Assembly: GCF_006345805.1 (NCBI RefSeq) | Contig: NW_021824291.1 | Location: 1-26,346 of the forward strand | DNA: 26,346 nucleotides | Direction of reading: 5' to 3' | DNA from: Octopus sinensis | Taxonomy: Eukaryota | Part shown: piece by piece, positions 10,151 to 19,911 of the stretch | How positions within the stretch are numbered: position 1 is the first letter of the stretch | How the letters are laid out: each line of letters starts with the position of its first letter | The notes under the pieces: generated by a model | Databases searched by the model: none | Told to the model about the DNA's origin: nothing | What the model saw: only the letters and a program-made list of their open reading frames with translations | Position numbers and translations under genes: made by a program

Positions 10151-10489
10151 TGTGTATGCGTCCCCCCCTTTCTTGCAATCTTCCTCATTGATTTTGTACA
10201 GCGTTCACCATTATTTTGCCTCAGACCGTTTCCTTTGTTTACTCCAAATGTCTATATTCCAGAAATTCTTTCTACTCCAATCCAACTCCTTTTCCCTCCC
10301 TCCTCTTCCTCCTTCCCATCCTCCTCTTCCTCCTTCCCCTACTCTCTCTCAACTTTCTGATCTACTACTACTACGTCTATGTACGTGTGTATATATATGT
10401 ATATATTATATATATAATATATATATATATATGTAGGTCCCGGTTGATCGGGGTAACCACAGTGGACTCAATACTAGCGAGTAAATTAA

Positions 10490-10566
10490 TCACCGTGATA
10501 CCGTGACCGACAGAATCAGATGTTGCTACACATCGCTGGTCACAATGCGCTTGCATTGTTTAGCCA
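10490..10566 (-). mobile_element. Possible 3' terminal fragment of another octopus interspersed repeat
   Basis: CCGTGATACCGTGA short tandem (tail-like) next to GACCGACAGAATCAGATGTTGCTACACATCGCTGGTCACAATGCG. Recognised from memory only; no second copy in the window. Confidence 0.3.
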
Positions 10567-11299
10567 TATATATATATATATATATATATAATAGAATAAA
10601 AACTTTATATATAAAGAACGTGAAATTCACGAATTGACGAACACGGAAAAACAGACAGTCATTCAGAGCCTTCATTCTTCAGTCAAGAAACCGATTCATC
10701 ATGGCAAATTTCGGCTGTTTAATTCTGAGATTTGCTCCAAAACGGCCAGCCCCAAGGAAAAGCTAAGCTATGGGCAGTATTTGCTTGGTAGAAGGAAAGA
10801 ATGTGACAACAGAGACGAATAAAACAAGAGACGAAGATAAAATTGGAAACAGTAACGAATAAAAACAGGAATGACACGGGATATATATATATATAATATA
10901 TATATTATATATATATATATATTATATATTATATATTATATATAATATATAATATATATAAATAATATTATCCACACACCCACATCGCACTATATACGCA
11001 TAACTTATTCTATAACTTCAGTGGGTACGATCGTGTTTCTAGATGACTTTCATAGAAATCTATGGTCTCGTGATACATTCATGAATAGCATTATAAACAT
11101 GGCCATATGAGAAATTTACAGTTTATAGGCCTTTTCTTTCTTTCTTTCTTTCTTTCATTCTTCTTTTTTTTTTTTGTCGTATTTTAACAATTATCTACCC
11201 CAGTGCTTCTCAACAGGGCTCCACATGATCCTTAAGGGATTCATATATGATTTTGTCGTTAAAATTTATCTGCAATAAATTGATCATGATCCCACAATT

Positions 11300-11878
11300 T
11301 TATTCTTTTATTCTTTGGCTGCGGTCATGCTGGAGCACTGCCTTTAGTCGAACAAATCGACCCCCAGGACTAATTCTTTGTAAACCTAGTACTTATTCTA
11401 TCGGTCTCTTTTGCCGGATCACTAAATTATGGGGATGTAAACACACCAGCATCGGCTGTCAAGCAGTGGTGGGGGACAAACAACGAGAGAAACAAATGGA
11501 AAATTGGAGAAGTAACATAAAGAACGACCCTTCATCGGTTGTCTGCTGTCTATCTACACCTCATTTCGAGCATTGAACGACAGTATGAGTCCTCGGAGAC
11601 AGTTGCTCCTGTAAATACCAAAATAAAATATTGGATTTATGGAGGGTCAAAGTTGGGAACAAAAACTGGACAGTGGAAACATACAAGGAAACCGAACGAA
11701 AAAAACATGGAGGTTCGTTAGACCAAGACGGACTTCTCTCAGTTTCTATCAAATCCACTCACTTTGGTCGACCCGAGACTATATTAGAAAATACTTGCCT
11801 AAGGTGCCGCACAGTGAGACTGAACCTAGAAACCATGTGGTCGGGAAGCAAGCTTCTTACCACTCAGCCACGCCTGCA
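11300..11878 (-). mobile_element. SINE family A, older copy split by ~240 bp of other sequence
   Basis: Tail half ~11300-11481 and head half ~11722-11878 both match family A. Confidence 0.8.
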
Positions 11879-11936
11879 CAAACTATTTTAACAATTTTTA
11901 AAATACAATTCCAAGTTTTAATTATAAAAACATAGT

Positions 11937-12350
11937 AGGCGCAGGAGTGGCTGTGTGGTAAGTAGCTTGCTAACCAACCACATGGTTCCGGGTTCAGTCC
12001 CACTGCGTGGCATCTTGGAAAGGTCTCTGCTATAGACCCGGGCCGACCAATACCTTGTGAGTGGATTTGGTAGACGGAAACTGAAAGAAGCCTGTCGTAT
12101 ATATGTATATATATATGTATGTGTGTGTAGTGTTATTGGGTTGGTTGTCTCCCTAGCTTGCTTGACAACCGATGCTGGTGTGTTTACGTCCCCGTCACTT
12201 AACGGTTTGGCAAAAGAGACCGATAGAATAAGTACTGGGCTTACAAAGAGTAAGTCCCGGGGTCGATTTGCTCGACTAAAGGTGGTGCTCCAGCATGGCC
12301 GCAGTCATTTGACTGAAACAAGTAAAAGAGTAAAAGAGAGTAAAGAGAGA
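11937..12350 (+). mobile_element. SINE family A, full length
   Basis: AGGCGCAGGAGTGG head; GTAAAAGAGTAAAAGAGAG tail. Confidence 0.95.
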
Positions 12351-12490
12351 GGACTTTTTGAAAAACATTGAGTAGGTCTGAGGGTCCGGTTGAGAGAAAT
12401 GGGAATGAAAGGGGTCTATAGGTAAAGTATGGTTGAGAACCATTGGTCTACACCACGTTGTGGTATTTTATTGTTAAATACTCGGAGCTG

Positions 12491-12881
12491 TCATCATCAT
12501 CATTGTTCAACCGTGGTCGAGACAATGGAATTTACCATGCTACGCCAGACTTCACGGTCCATCATGGCATGGAGGTCCTGTGCTGGATGCCTGTATCCCT
12601 GGAGATACATCAGGGTAGGAGAGTGTGCGCCCTCTGGTATTGTGAGTAGATGGCTTCCAGAGGAGAAGAGTAGAAATTTACTTCTTTTTCAGCTCTAGAA
12701 ACAATGTCCAGCAAAACTGGACTCTCCTACCTTCACAAGAGATGACACAGGTGGTAGTTTCCCATACATTTGCATTTTGGTTGGATGGCGCTTCCACGAG
12801 AGATTTTGATCTCTCATAAGGAGGCGAGTGTAGGTTCCATCCAACCGCCTCTCAAGCTTCTTTGATAAAGTCCAGGTTTCT
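12491..12881 (-). pseudogene. 5'-truncated RTE LINE 3' end with (TGA)n tail and 7-bp TSD
   Basis: Translation across frameshifts: SETWTLSKKLERRLDGTYTRLLMRDQNLSWKRHPTKMQMYGKLPPVSSLVK.RRVQFAGHC..LLLWKPS..RGRTLSYPD. Tail (TCA)4 on + at 12491-12503. GAGCTGT at 12485-91 and 12882-88. Confidence 0.9.
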
Positions 12882-13091
12882 GAGCTGTAGAAACTCGTTG
12901 CAAACTGAAATATTTAAAACGAGTTAAATTTTGCAATGGATTTAAATGAGGTGTCAGAGTGATTGTAGCGCAAATCGTTCGCGTTTCTAACGAAAAGTCT
13001 TCAGTGAAAATAAAATTTAGGACAATAATCTAATTATAGATTATTATTATTATTTAATAATAATAATCTAAAGATACAAAGCAAAATGATA

Positions 13092-13304
13092 TTGGTTTCC
13101 AATTTTGGTACAAGGTCAGCAATTTCGGGGAAGGAGTAAATCCAATACATTAACCTAATACACAACTGGTACTTATTTTATCGATCCCAGAAAGGATGAA
13201 AGCAAAGTCGATTTCAGCGGAATTTGAACTCAGACTGTGGAGACGGATGAAATTCCGCTAAGTATTTTTCCCGGCGTGCTAACGATTCTGCCAGCTCACC
13301 GCCT
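13092..13304 (-). mobile_element. SINE family B, older subfamily with a different 3' tail
   Basis: Head and Deu/Nin-like domain match family B. Tail (TTTTGGTACAAGGTCAGCAATTTCGGGG on +) is shared with the copies at 18457, 18665 and 25011. Confidence 0.85.
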
Positions 13305-13894
13305 TACAAAATAAAATGATATTAATTGCCGATACGGACCCCATATTTCGACTTGTAAACCTTTAATATACTTCGGAGTATATTGTGGTAACAAGTCAAC
13401 ACTTTTTGTGATAGCAGTGCGATTCTATTACTTTTAAGTGTATCTAAAGATTTTCTATAAACTCTAGAGCCAGCACTGAAAGTTATAACGTTTCGTATAC
13501 GAATACGTCTGTGTAAACAATGAGATCGAAGATAGAAAAAGTAGTTAATAGGTGTAGATGCATATCTCAGTTCTTGCTCCTTCTTCAGTACCGCATCCAA
13601 CCCTTTAATCATCCACGAAATCATTGCTCAATCACCTATTTTTATATCTGCGGTCGTATTGTTTACTTAGACATATTGATATACAAAACGTCAAAGCTTT
13701 TAGGGCTGACTCTAAATCCTAAAGAAAATTTGTAACTTAAAAGAAAGCAAATTAAATTTCGATATTGAAATATTTTTAATTTCCTCTCCGGACATGACGG
13801 CGATGTTTCTAACAGCGAAACGTTTCCAGAAGTAAATTGACAGCAGACACCTTCATCAGCGACAAGGAGAATCGTATGGGAAGTTTATTGTGTA

Positions 13895-14286
13895 CTAGCG
13901 GTATCGCCCGGCGTTGCTCGGGTTTGTTTCGACCCTTTAAAATTGGAATTTTTGAAAAGTAAAAATTCTGCATTATGTAGCTTGTTATTCTCTTTAAGTG
14001 AACATTTTTCTGGTTGAAATACACTGAAAAATGGCAACACAGCAGTCAAAAAATCTTAAAAAATAGGGATTTTCATAGAAAAAAAGCACCTTTTTGATGT
14101 AAATAATTTTTGGTGTTAACATGTTCCGATTTGAATTTTTTCTTCTACGGAAGGAAGAGCAAGCCTTCTTCTATCATACTCTCAATTTTGGTCAACTTGC
14201 GCCGCAAGGTCTCGGAGGAGATAGTATTAGTTGAAGGCTACCAAACCTGCCATACACAGACAACGTCAGCTTTATATATAGAGAGA
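13895..14286 (-). mobile_element. Non-autonomous Helitron, copy 2 (392 bp)
   Basis: A|TCTCTCTATATATAAA 5' end and CCCGAGCAACGCCGGGCGATACCGCTAG|T 3' end. Interior does not visibly match copy 1. Confidence 0.85.
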
Positions 14287-14360
14287 TAAGCTGGGGTCAA
14301 CATCGGTGAGCTGTTTTAGTTTCCATAACAGCATGTCCATAAACAGTAACATCGTAATAC

Positions 14361-14583
14361 CTATTTCTTTATTACCCACAAGGGGCTAAACACAGAGGGG
14401 ACAAACAAGGACAGACAAACGGATTAAGTCGATTACATCGACCCCAGTGCGTAACTGGTACTTAATTTATCGACCCCGAAAGGATGGAAGGCAAAGTCGA
14501 CCTCGGCGGAATTTGAACTCACAACGTAACGCAGACGAAATACCGCTAAGCATTTCGCCCGGCGTGCTAACGTTTCTGCCAGC
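14361..14583 (-). mobile_element. SINE family B with TSD
   Basis: 14-bp TSD TAACATCGTAATAC at 14347-60 and 14584-97. Confidence 0.95.
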
Positions 14584-14724
14584 TAACATCGTAATACGAC
14601 CATCTTGACAATGTTGACTTGTGCATAGAGTTCCATGCAAAGCTGATTACCAGAAACAAGCTCGTACCCGCTGAATTTCTATATTGCGTATACGTTTCAG
14701 TATTTAGTTAGTGTGCGTGTGTGT

Positions 14725-14762
<38 letters not shown>

Positions 14763-14769
14763 ATATGTG

Positions 14770-15132
14770 TGTATGTGTTTGTATTTGTGTTTACCCCAAC
14801 CTCACTGCTTGACAAACGGTGTGGGTTCGTTTCAGTCCCCGTGACCTTAACGGTTCGGCAAAAAACAGAACGATGGTCAGTTGATATGTTCGACTAAACC
14901 TTCAAGGCAGTGCTCCAGTGTGGCCACCGTCTAATGGCAGAAACAAGTCAGAGACACAAGATTAAAATTGGGTGAATAAATTCTAAAGAAGTTTGCTCTC
15001 AACCACATGGTTCCAGGTTCAGTCTCACTGCGTGGTACCTTGGGCAAGTTTCTTCTACTATAACCACGGGCTGACCAAAGCCTTGTGAGATGATTTGGGT
15101 AGACTGAAACTGAAAGACGCCCTTCGTACCTA
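14770..15132 (+). mobile_element. Two SINE family A fragments (a 3' half followed by a 5' half)
   Basis: 14770-14950 matches the family A tail half; 14985-15132 matches the head half. Confidence 0.8.
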
Positions 15133-15195
15133 ACCACGGGCTAGGTACGAAGGGCTTCTTTCAGTTTCAGTCTACCCTATAGTAGAAGAAACTTG

Positions 15196-15664
15196 TCAAA
15201 GTAGGTGCATAGGCACTTATTAGAGTAGCAAACCGCTTACCTTTCAAGTGCAACCGTAGGTTCATTATACGTTCATTTATAGGAACAGGGAGCCCTTCCA
15301 ACTTCTTAAGGACATCAGATCGGACTGCAAAACCAACACCAGCCTCTCTGCGCTCCTCCTTCTGCCTTCCTTTCCAAAAAAAGGTGTATCCACCTCCTAC
15401 TTCCTGAAGCTGACCATCACGAGTCTCTGAGAGTGCAGCTATATCAATTTTATAACGGTTCAGCTCACGAGCAACAAGTGCAGTGCGTCTTTCAAGCCTG
15501 CAATCACTTTTGTTGTCCAACAGAGTGCGCACATTCCAACATGAAATGTTTAAGTTCCGTCCTGATTTTTTAGATAAAAGACTTTGTTTTTCGAGCGCAG
15601 GGTGGACATCCGTCAGTCGCGCTAAACTGACCAGATATGGAAAGACAGGCAATTTTTGGTTCAC
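15196..15664 (-). pseudogene. RTE APE endonuclease N-terminus (truncated)
   Basis: LNISCWNVRTLLD..ERRTALVARELNRYKIDIAALSETR..GYTFFWKG..REAGVGFAV..INERIMNLRL..ATLISAYAPTL is the classic RTE/BovB endonuclease signature. Confidence 0.95.
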
Positions 15665-16508
15665 CTTTTCTAGAACCTCCCCGGTCTCCAGGTGAGCAGT
15701 GCTCTCTCCAAATGGAGCTGCTCAGACACCCATGCAGCAACCGAATCCTACCGCTGTCTTGGGCGACAAGGAGACGACTTTATATCTAGCATGGGCCGCC
15801 TACGTGCAGGTCGCTGACTACATGCTTCCAACCCGTCAGGTCTGCATGCATCACCACCTTCCCATCGCTTCAGGACTTCCGAATAAAATAAATAAATAAA
15901 TAAATAAATAAATAAAAAATATATACTAAAAATGAAGAAAATATATACTAAAAATGAGGAAAATATATATAGAATAAAAAAAAGCACATATCGAGCAGAG
16001 GTCGGCAATGCCTGTGCAAAGTTTTAGGTCCAATAAGGCTTGCACAACACCTCATAGACTCTCTCCACTTTATTGACATTATCCAGAGACAAGCCGGATC
16101 AAGATGTCTGGTGCCAATATGAGTCGCAGGCTCAGGGATGTGGGAGCGCCGTGATCTCTCGCACAAACCAAAGATCCCCAAAATGTCCAATGCCATTCCC
16201 TGCATATCTGGTTTTATATCAGAGTGACCTTCTCATAGAGACGTGCTTTAACAAAAGCTGAGGGGCGCCTCACTCCCAGTGGTCTTTCAGCACGCCGGAC
16301 ACCACCCCGGTTTTTCTGCGTACCCGTGCTAACATTTATTGGATGGCCGTTGACTCTCAAGAGGTCCTCCGCCCTTTGACGGGTTTTGTTTTTCATCCCG
16401 CAGGGTGTCCAATAAACACCCTCCTCACCAAGCAAGCTTGGTGGGGTTGCCGGTTTAGTCGCCGACGACCCGACCATGCAACAGGTTGTACTGGGTTACA
16501 TGTTACCA
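15196..16508 (-). mobile_element. RTE (BovB-like) LINE 5' portion: UTR plus start of ORF, 3'-truncated
   Basis: Endonuclease ORF at 15196-15664. The upstream GC-balanced segment to ~16508 carries motifs I recall from RTE 5' UTRs (GGTGAGGAGGGTG..CCCGTCAAAGGGCGGA..GAGAGTCAACGGCCATCC; CCATTTGGAGAGAGCACTGCTC). The UTR extent is less certain. Confidence 0.7.
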
Positions 16509-16525
16509 TGTATATATATATATAT

Positions 16526-16690
16526 AACGCCATGCTTCTTTTTCTTTTCTGTGTATCTTTCTGCAGAAGAGCGTAGGCTCGAAACGTAAAAGACTTGATT
16601 TATTTCTATTCCTGAGCGCCATACTAATACATTGTTTGTTTGTACTCCTCCTGCCTTCGTCTTTTGTTTATTTTCGTAAACCTTCCGTTA
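16526..16690 (+). mobile_element. Penelope-like terminal-repeat fragment containing a hammerhead-like motif
   Basis: CTGCAGAAGAGCGTAGGCTCGAAACGTA followed by a T-rich tail, typical of PLE pseudo-LTR ends; flanked by (TA)n. Confidence 0.55.
16556..16593 (+). ncRNA. Minimal type I hammerhead variant (A6C core, extra A, palindromic helix III)
   Basis: Helix I TCTTT/AAAGA; core CTGCAGA+A; helix II GAGC-GTAG-GCTC; GAAA; ACGT palindrome; GUA cleavage triplet ending at 16588. Confidence 0.55.
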
Positions 16691-16890
16691 TACATATATA
16701 TATATATATATATATACATATATATATCTACATATATATACACACACATATATATATACACACATATATATATACATATACATATGTATATGCATATATA
16801 TATATATATACACATATATATATACACATATATATATATATACATATATATATATACATATATATACACATATATGAATATATACATATA
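16690..16890. repeat. (TA/CA)n compound microsatellite
   Basis: Seen directly; a similar tract lies at 17445-17645. Confidence 0.95.
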
Positions 16891-17002
16891 AATTTTCTTG
16901 AGAACACTCCTTTCTTAGTGGTAAGACCATAGGGGGTCGACTTCTAGCATAAGGTATGTCCACTTTGTGGTCATCCCTCTTATATGTATATACATATTTA
17001 TA

Positions 17003-17443
17003 TCTCTCGATATATAAACGGCAGTTTGTCTTTCTGTGTGTCTGTGTGTCTGTCAGGTTGTACCCTCACCCTGACCACGGCTTTCAACCGATTCTGATGA
17101 AACTTGACACACACATAGCCCAATGTCATAATTCAAAACTAACGCAGTGAAAATTTTGAAAAGTTCCCCCAGTTCTGAAAAAGTATTCGAATAACTTGCG
17201 GCTGCAGCAGCTATTAGCAGAAGTGGCGGTGTTGGGGGTAAAGTCTCGAATGTAATTTCTTCCTGGTAGGAATTGGTTGGGTTGAATTATCGATAGCTGT
17301 TTAATAGTTATTTGGGAGTGAAGAGAAGACATTGCAACGTACACATGCACCTTCGTTCCCTAGAGGGAAAGGACTAGATTGGGATTAGTCGTTGCCTACT
17401 AGGGGCTCTTACATACCCGGGCAACGCCGGGCTATGCTGCTAG
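17003..17443 (+). mobile_element. Non-autonomous Helitron, copy 3 (441 bp), chimeric
   Basis: A|TCTCTCGATATATAAACGG 5' end; CCCGG-GCAACG-CCGGG hairpin (17416-31) and CTAG|T at 17440-44. The first ~180 bp match copy 1; the rest does not. Confidence 0.9.
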
Positions 17444-17567
17444 TGTATACATATATGTGTATATATGTATACATATATATATGTATATATGTGTACATAT
17501 ATATGTATATATGTGTACATATATGTATATATGTATACGTACATATGTGTCTATATATATATGTATG

Positions 17568-17624
<57 letters not shown>

Positions 17625-17969
17625 TATATATAATATATATATATAGTGTTCTGTTTCGTGATGTTTAGGCTAACAAAAAAAGTTATCCATGTGCTGAGAG
17701 ATATAAGTTTTTGTGCGCTATTATTAGTTTCATGTCCTGCGACCATGCCAAGCCATGGTTTTTAACTTGTCTGGTGTTCTAACATAATCATCAGATAAGT
17801 ATGTGTGTGTGTGCATTTATATATGTATGCTTGTGCGCGCAAATGCACATGACAACAAATGTGGGATAATGGTGGAGTCGGATATGACCCTGTGCACGAT
17901 TATTGTATTATGGCTCTCAGAAGGACGAATGAACGACCGAATTGTAATAATAATAATAATAATAATAAC

Positions 17970-18002
<33 letters not shown>

Positions 18003-18003
<1 letters not shown>

Positions 18004-18397
18004 GGCGCAGGAGTGGCTGTGTGGTAAGTAGCTTGTTTACCAACCACATGGTTCCGGGTTCAGTCCCACAGCGTGGCACCTTGGGCAAGTGTTCTAATAT
18101 AGCCCCGAGCCGCCGACAAAGCCTTGGAGTGGATTTGGTAGACGGAAACTGAAAGAGCCCGTCGTATATATGTATATATAATATATATATGCGTGTGTGT
18201 TTGTGTGTCTGTGTTTGTCAACCGATGCTGGTGTGTTTATGTCCCCGTTACCTAGCGGTTCGGCAAAAGAAGACCGATAGAATAAGTACTGGGCTTACAA
18301 CAAGAATAAGTCCCGGGATCGAGTTGCTCGATTAAAGGCGGTGCTCCAGCATGACCGCAGTCAAATGACTGAAACAAGTAAAAAGAGTAAAAAAAAA
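18003..18397 (+). mobile_element. SINE family A, full length, flanked by (AAT)n on both sides
   Basis: Head at 18003 and tail to ~18397; (AAT)n at 17945-18002 and 18401-18447. Confidence 0.95.
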
Positions 18398-18399
18398 GT

Positions 18400-18447
<48 letters not shown>

Positions 18448-18456
18448 TATTAAAAA

Positions 18457-18656
18457 CCTTTCTATTAAAGGCACACGGCCTGAAATTTTGGGGAGGGGAT
18501 AAATCGATTACATCGACATCAGTACTCGACTGACACTTATTTTATCGACCCTGAGAGGACGATAGAGAGAGGAATTTGAACTCAGAACGTAAAGACGGAC
18601 GAAATTCCGCTAAACATTTTGCCCGACGTGTTAACCATTCTGCCAGCTCACCGCCT
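18457..18656 (-). mobile_element. SINE family B, older copy
   Basis: Matches the family B head and domain, with substitutions. Confidence 0.85.
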
Positions 18657-18664
18657 TAATGATC

Positions 18665-19102
18665 GTTTCTGTTGTAAGTACAAGGCCAGAAATTTGTAAT
18701 GAGGGACGAGCCGATTACACAGACGCCAGTGTTTCACTGCTACTTAATTTGTCGATCTCGAAAGGACGAAAGGTAAAGTCGACCTCGGTGGAATTTCAAC
18801 TTAGAACGTAACGACGGGCGAATACCTATTTCTATTTCTTTATTACCCACAAGGGGCTAAACACAGACGGGACAAACAAGGACAGACAAACGGATTAAGT
18901 CGATTATATCGACCCCAGTGCGTAACTGGTACTTAATTTATCGACCCCGAAAGGATGAAAGGCAAAGTCGACCTTGGCGGAATTTGAACTCAGAACGTAA
19001 AGACAGACGAAATACCGCTAAGCATTTCGCCCGGAGTGCTAACGGGCGAATACCGTTAATTATTTCACCCGGCGTGCTAACGATTCTGCCAGGTCGCTGC
19101 CT
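18665..19102 (-). mobile_element. Older SINE B interrupted by a younger SINE B (18827-19041)
   Basis: 13-bp TSD ACGGGCGAATACC at 18814-26 and 19042-54; the outer halves rejoin into one SINE B. Confidence 0.85.
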
Positions 19103-19518
19103 TAATATTGACAAGCAAAATTATAACGTAATCGATGCACCTACTCACTCTGTAAATTAATGATTCATTATATTGAACACCACATATTGATTTCTGTTTG
19201 AACAGTAGTCGACACATGTTCACAGTGTGTGGTTCAAAGGCGATTTAGATGCTATTTCTTGCAAGTTGAGATAACATGTAGAGACACCCAAGTTGCTTCA
19301 TACAAATAAATTTGCATATGTAAAGTTGTGATGAGAGGGTGATTAGGCTGTTATTCCTAGCATCTATCGCATATTTTCCTTTAACAGTAAGGTGTGATGT
19401 GAGGGAGGTATGGGTCAGTAACAGTTCAAGCCACCTCACAGAAACATCTTTCATTAATTCCTTCATATGTATATAAGACAAGACGGTGACATCCGATGAC
19501 TATTTTTAAAAAGCCGAC

Positions 19519-19740
19519 CTGGCAGAAGCGTTAGCGCGCTGGGCGAAATGCTTAGCGGGATTTCGTCTGTCGTTACGTTGTGAGTTCAAGTTCCGCCGAG
19601 GTCGACTTTGCCTTTCATCCTTTCGGGGTCGATAAATTAAGTACCAGTTACGCACTGGGGTTGATGTAATCAACTTAATCCCTTTGTCTGTCCTTGTTTG
19701 TCCCCTCTATGTTTAGCCCCTTGTGGGCAGTAAAGAAATA
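19519..19740 (+). mobile_element. SINE family B with TSD
   Basis: 18-bp TSD TATTTTTAAAAAGCCGAC at 19501-18 and 19741-58. Confidence 0.95.
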
Positions 19741-19849
19741 TATTTTTAAAAAGCCGACATTGGAGACAGCAACAAAAATGTTAACGAACCAACGTCTTCA
19801 TCCCCCCACTCTCTCTCTCTTTTCTTTCCATGTTTCTTTCTTTATATGC

Positions 19850-19887
<38 letters not shown>

Positions 19888-19911
19888 AACACACAACACA
19901 CACACACACAA

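Larger units (their letters stand above)
11201..12445. mobile_element. hAT (Charlie-like) non-autonomous element or MITE interrupted by SINEs
   Basis: TIRs CAGTGCTTCTCAAC (11201-14) and GTTGAGAACCATTG (12432-45) match 12/14. The 8-bp flanks ATCTACCC and GTCTACAC match 6/8, with the TCTA core typical of Charlie-type targets. Confidence 0.7.

Noticed and set aside
12970-13004. Minus-strand CTGAAGA...GAAACGCG hammerhead-like spacing
   Set aside because: Helix II does not pair and there is no NUH triplet.
13450-13862. Minus-strand CTGAAGAAGG...CGAAACGTT and CTGATGAAGG...GAAACGTT (Penelope-like ends); ORF 13322-13624
   Set aside because: The spacers do not form convincing helix II or helix I, and the ORF has no recognisable RT or GIY-YIG motifs. 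It may still be a decayed PLE.
16380-16508. HDV-like ribozyme at the RTE 5' end
   Set aside because: Only simple nested hairpins were found; there is no P2 partner for the sequence after CTAA.
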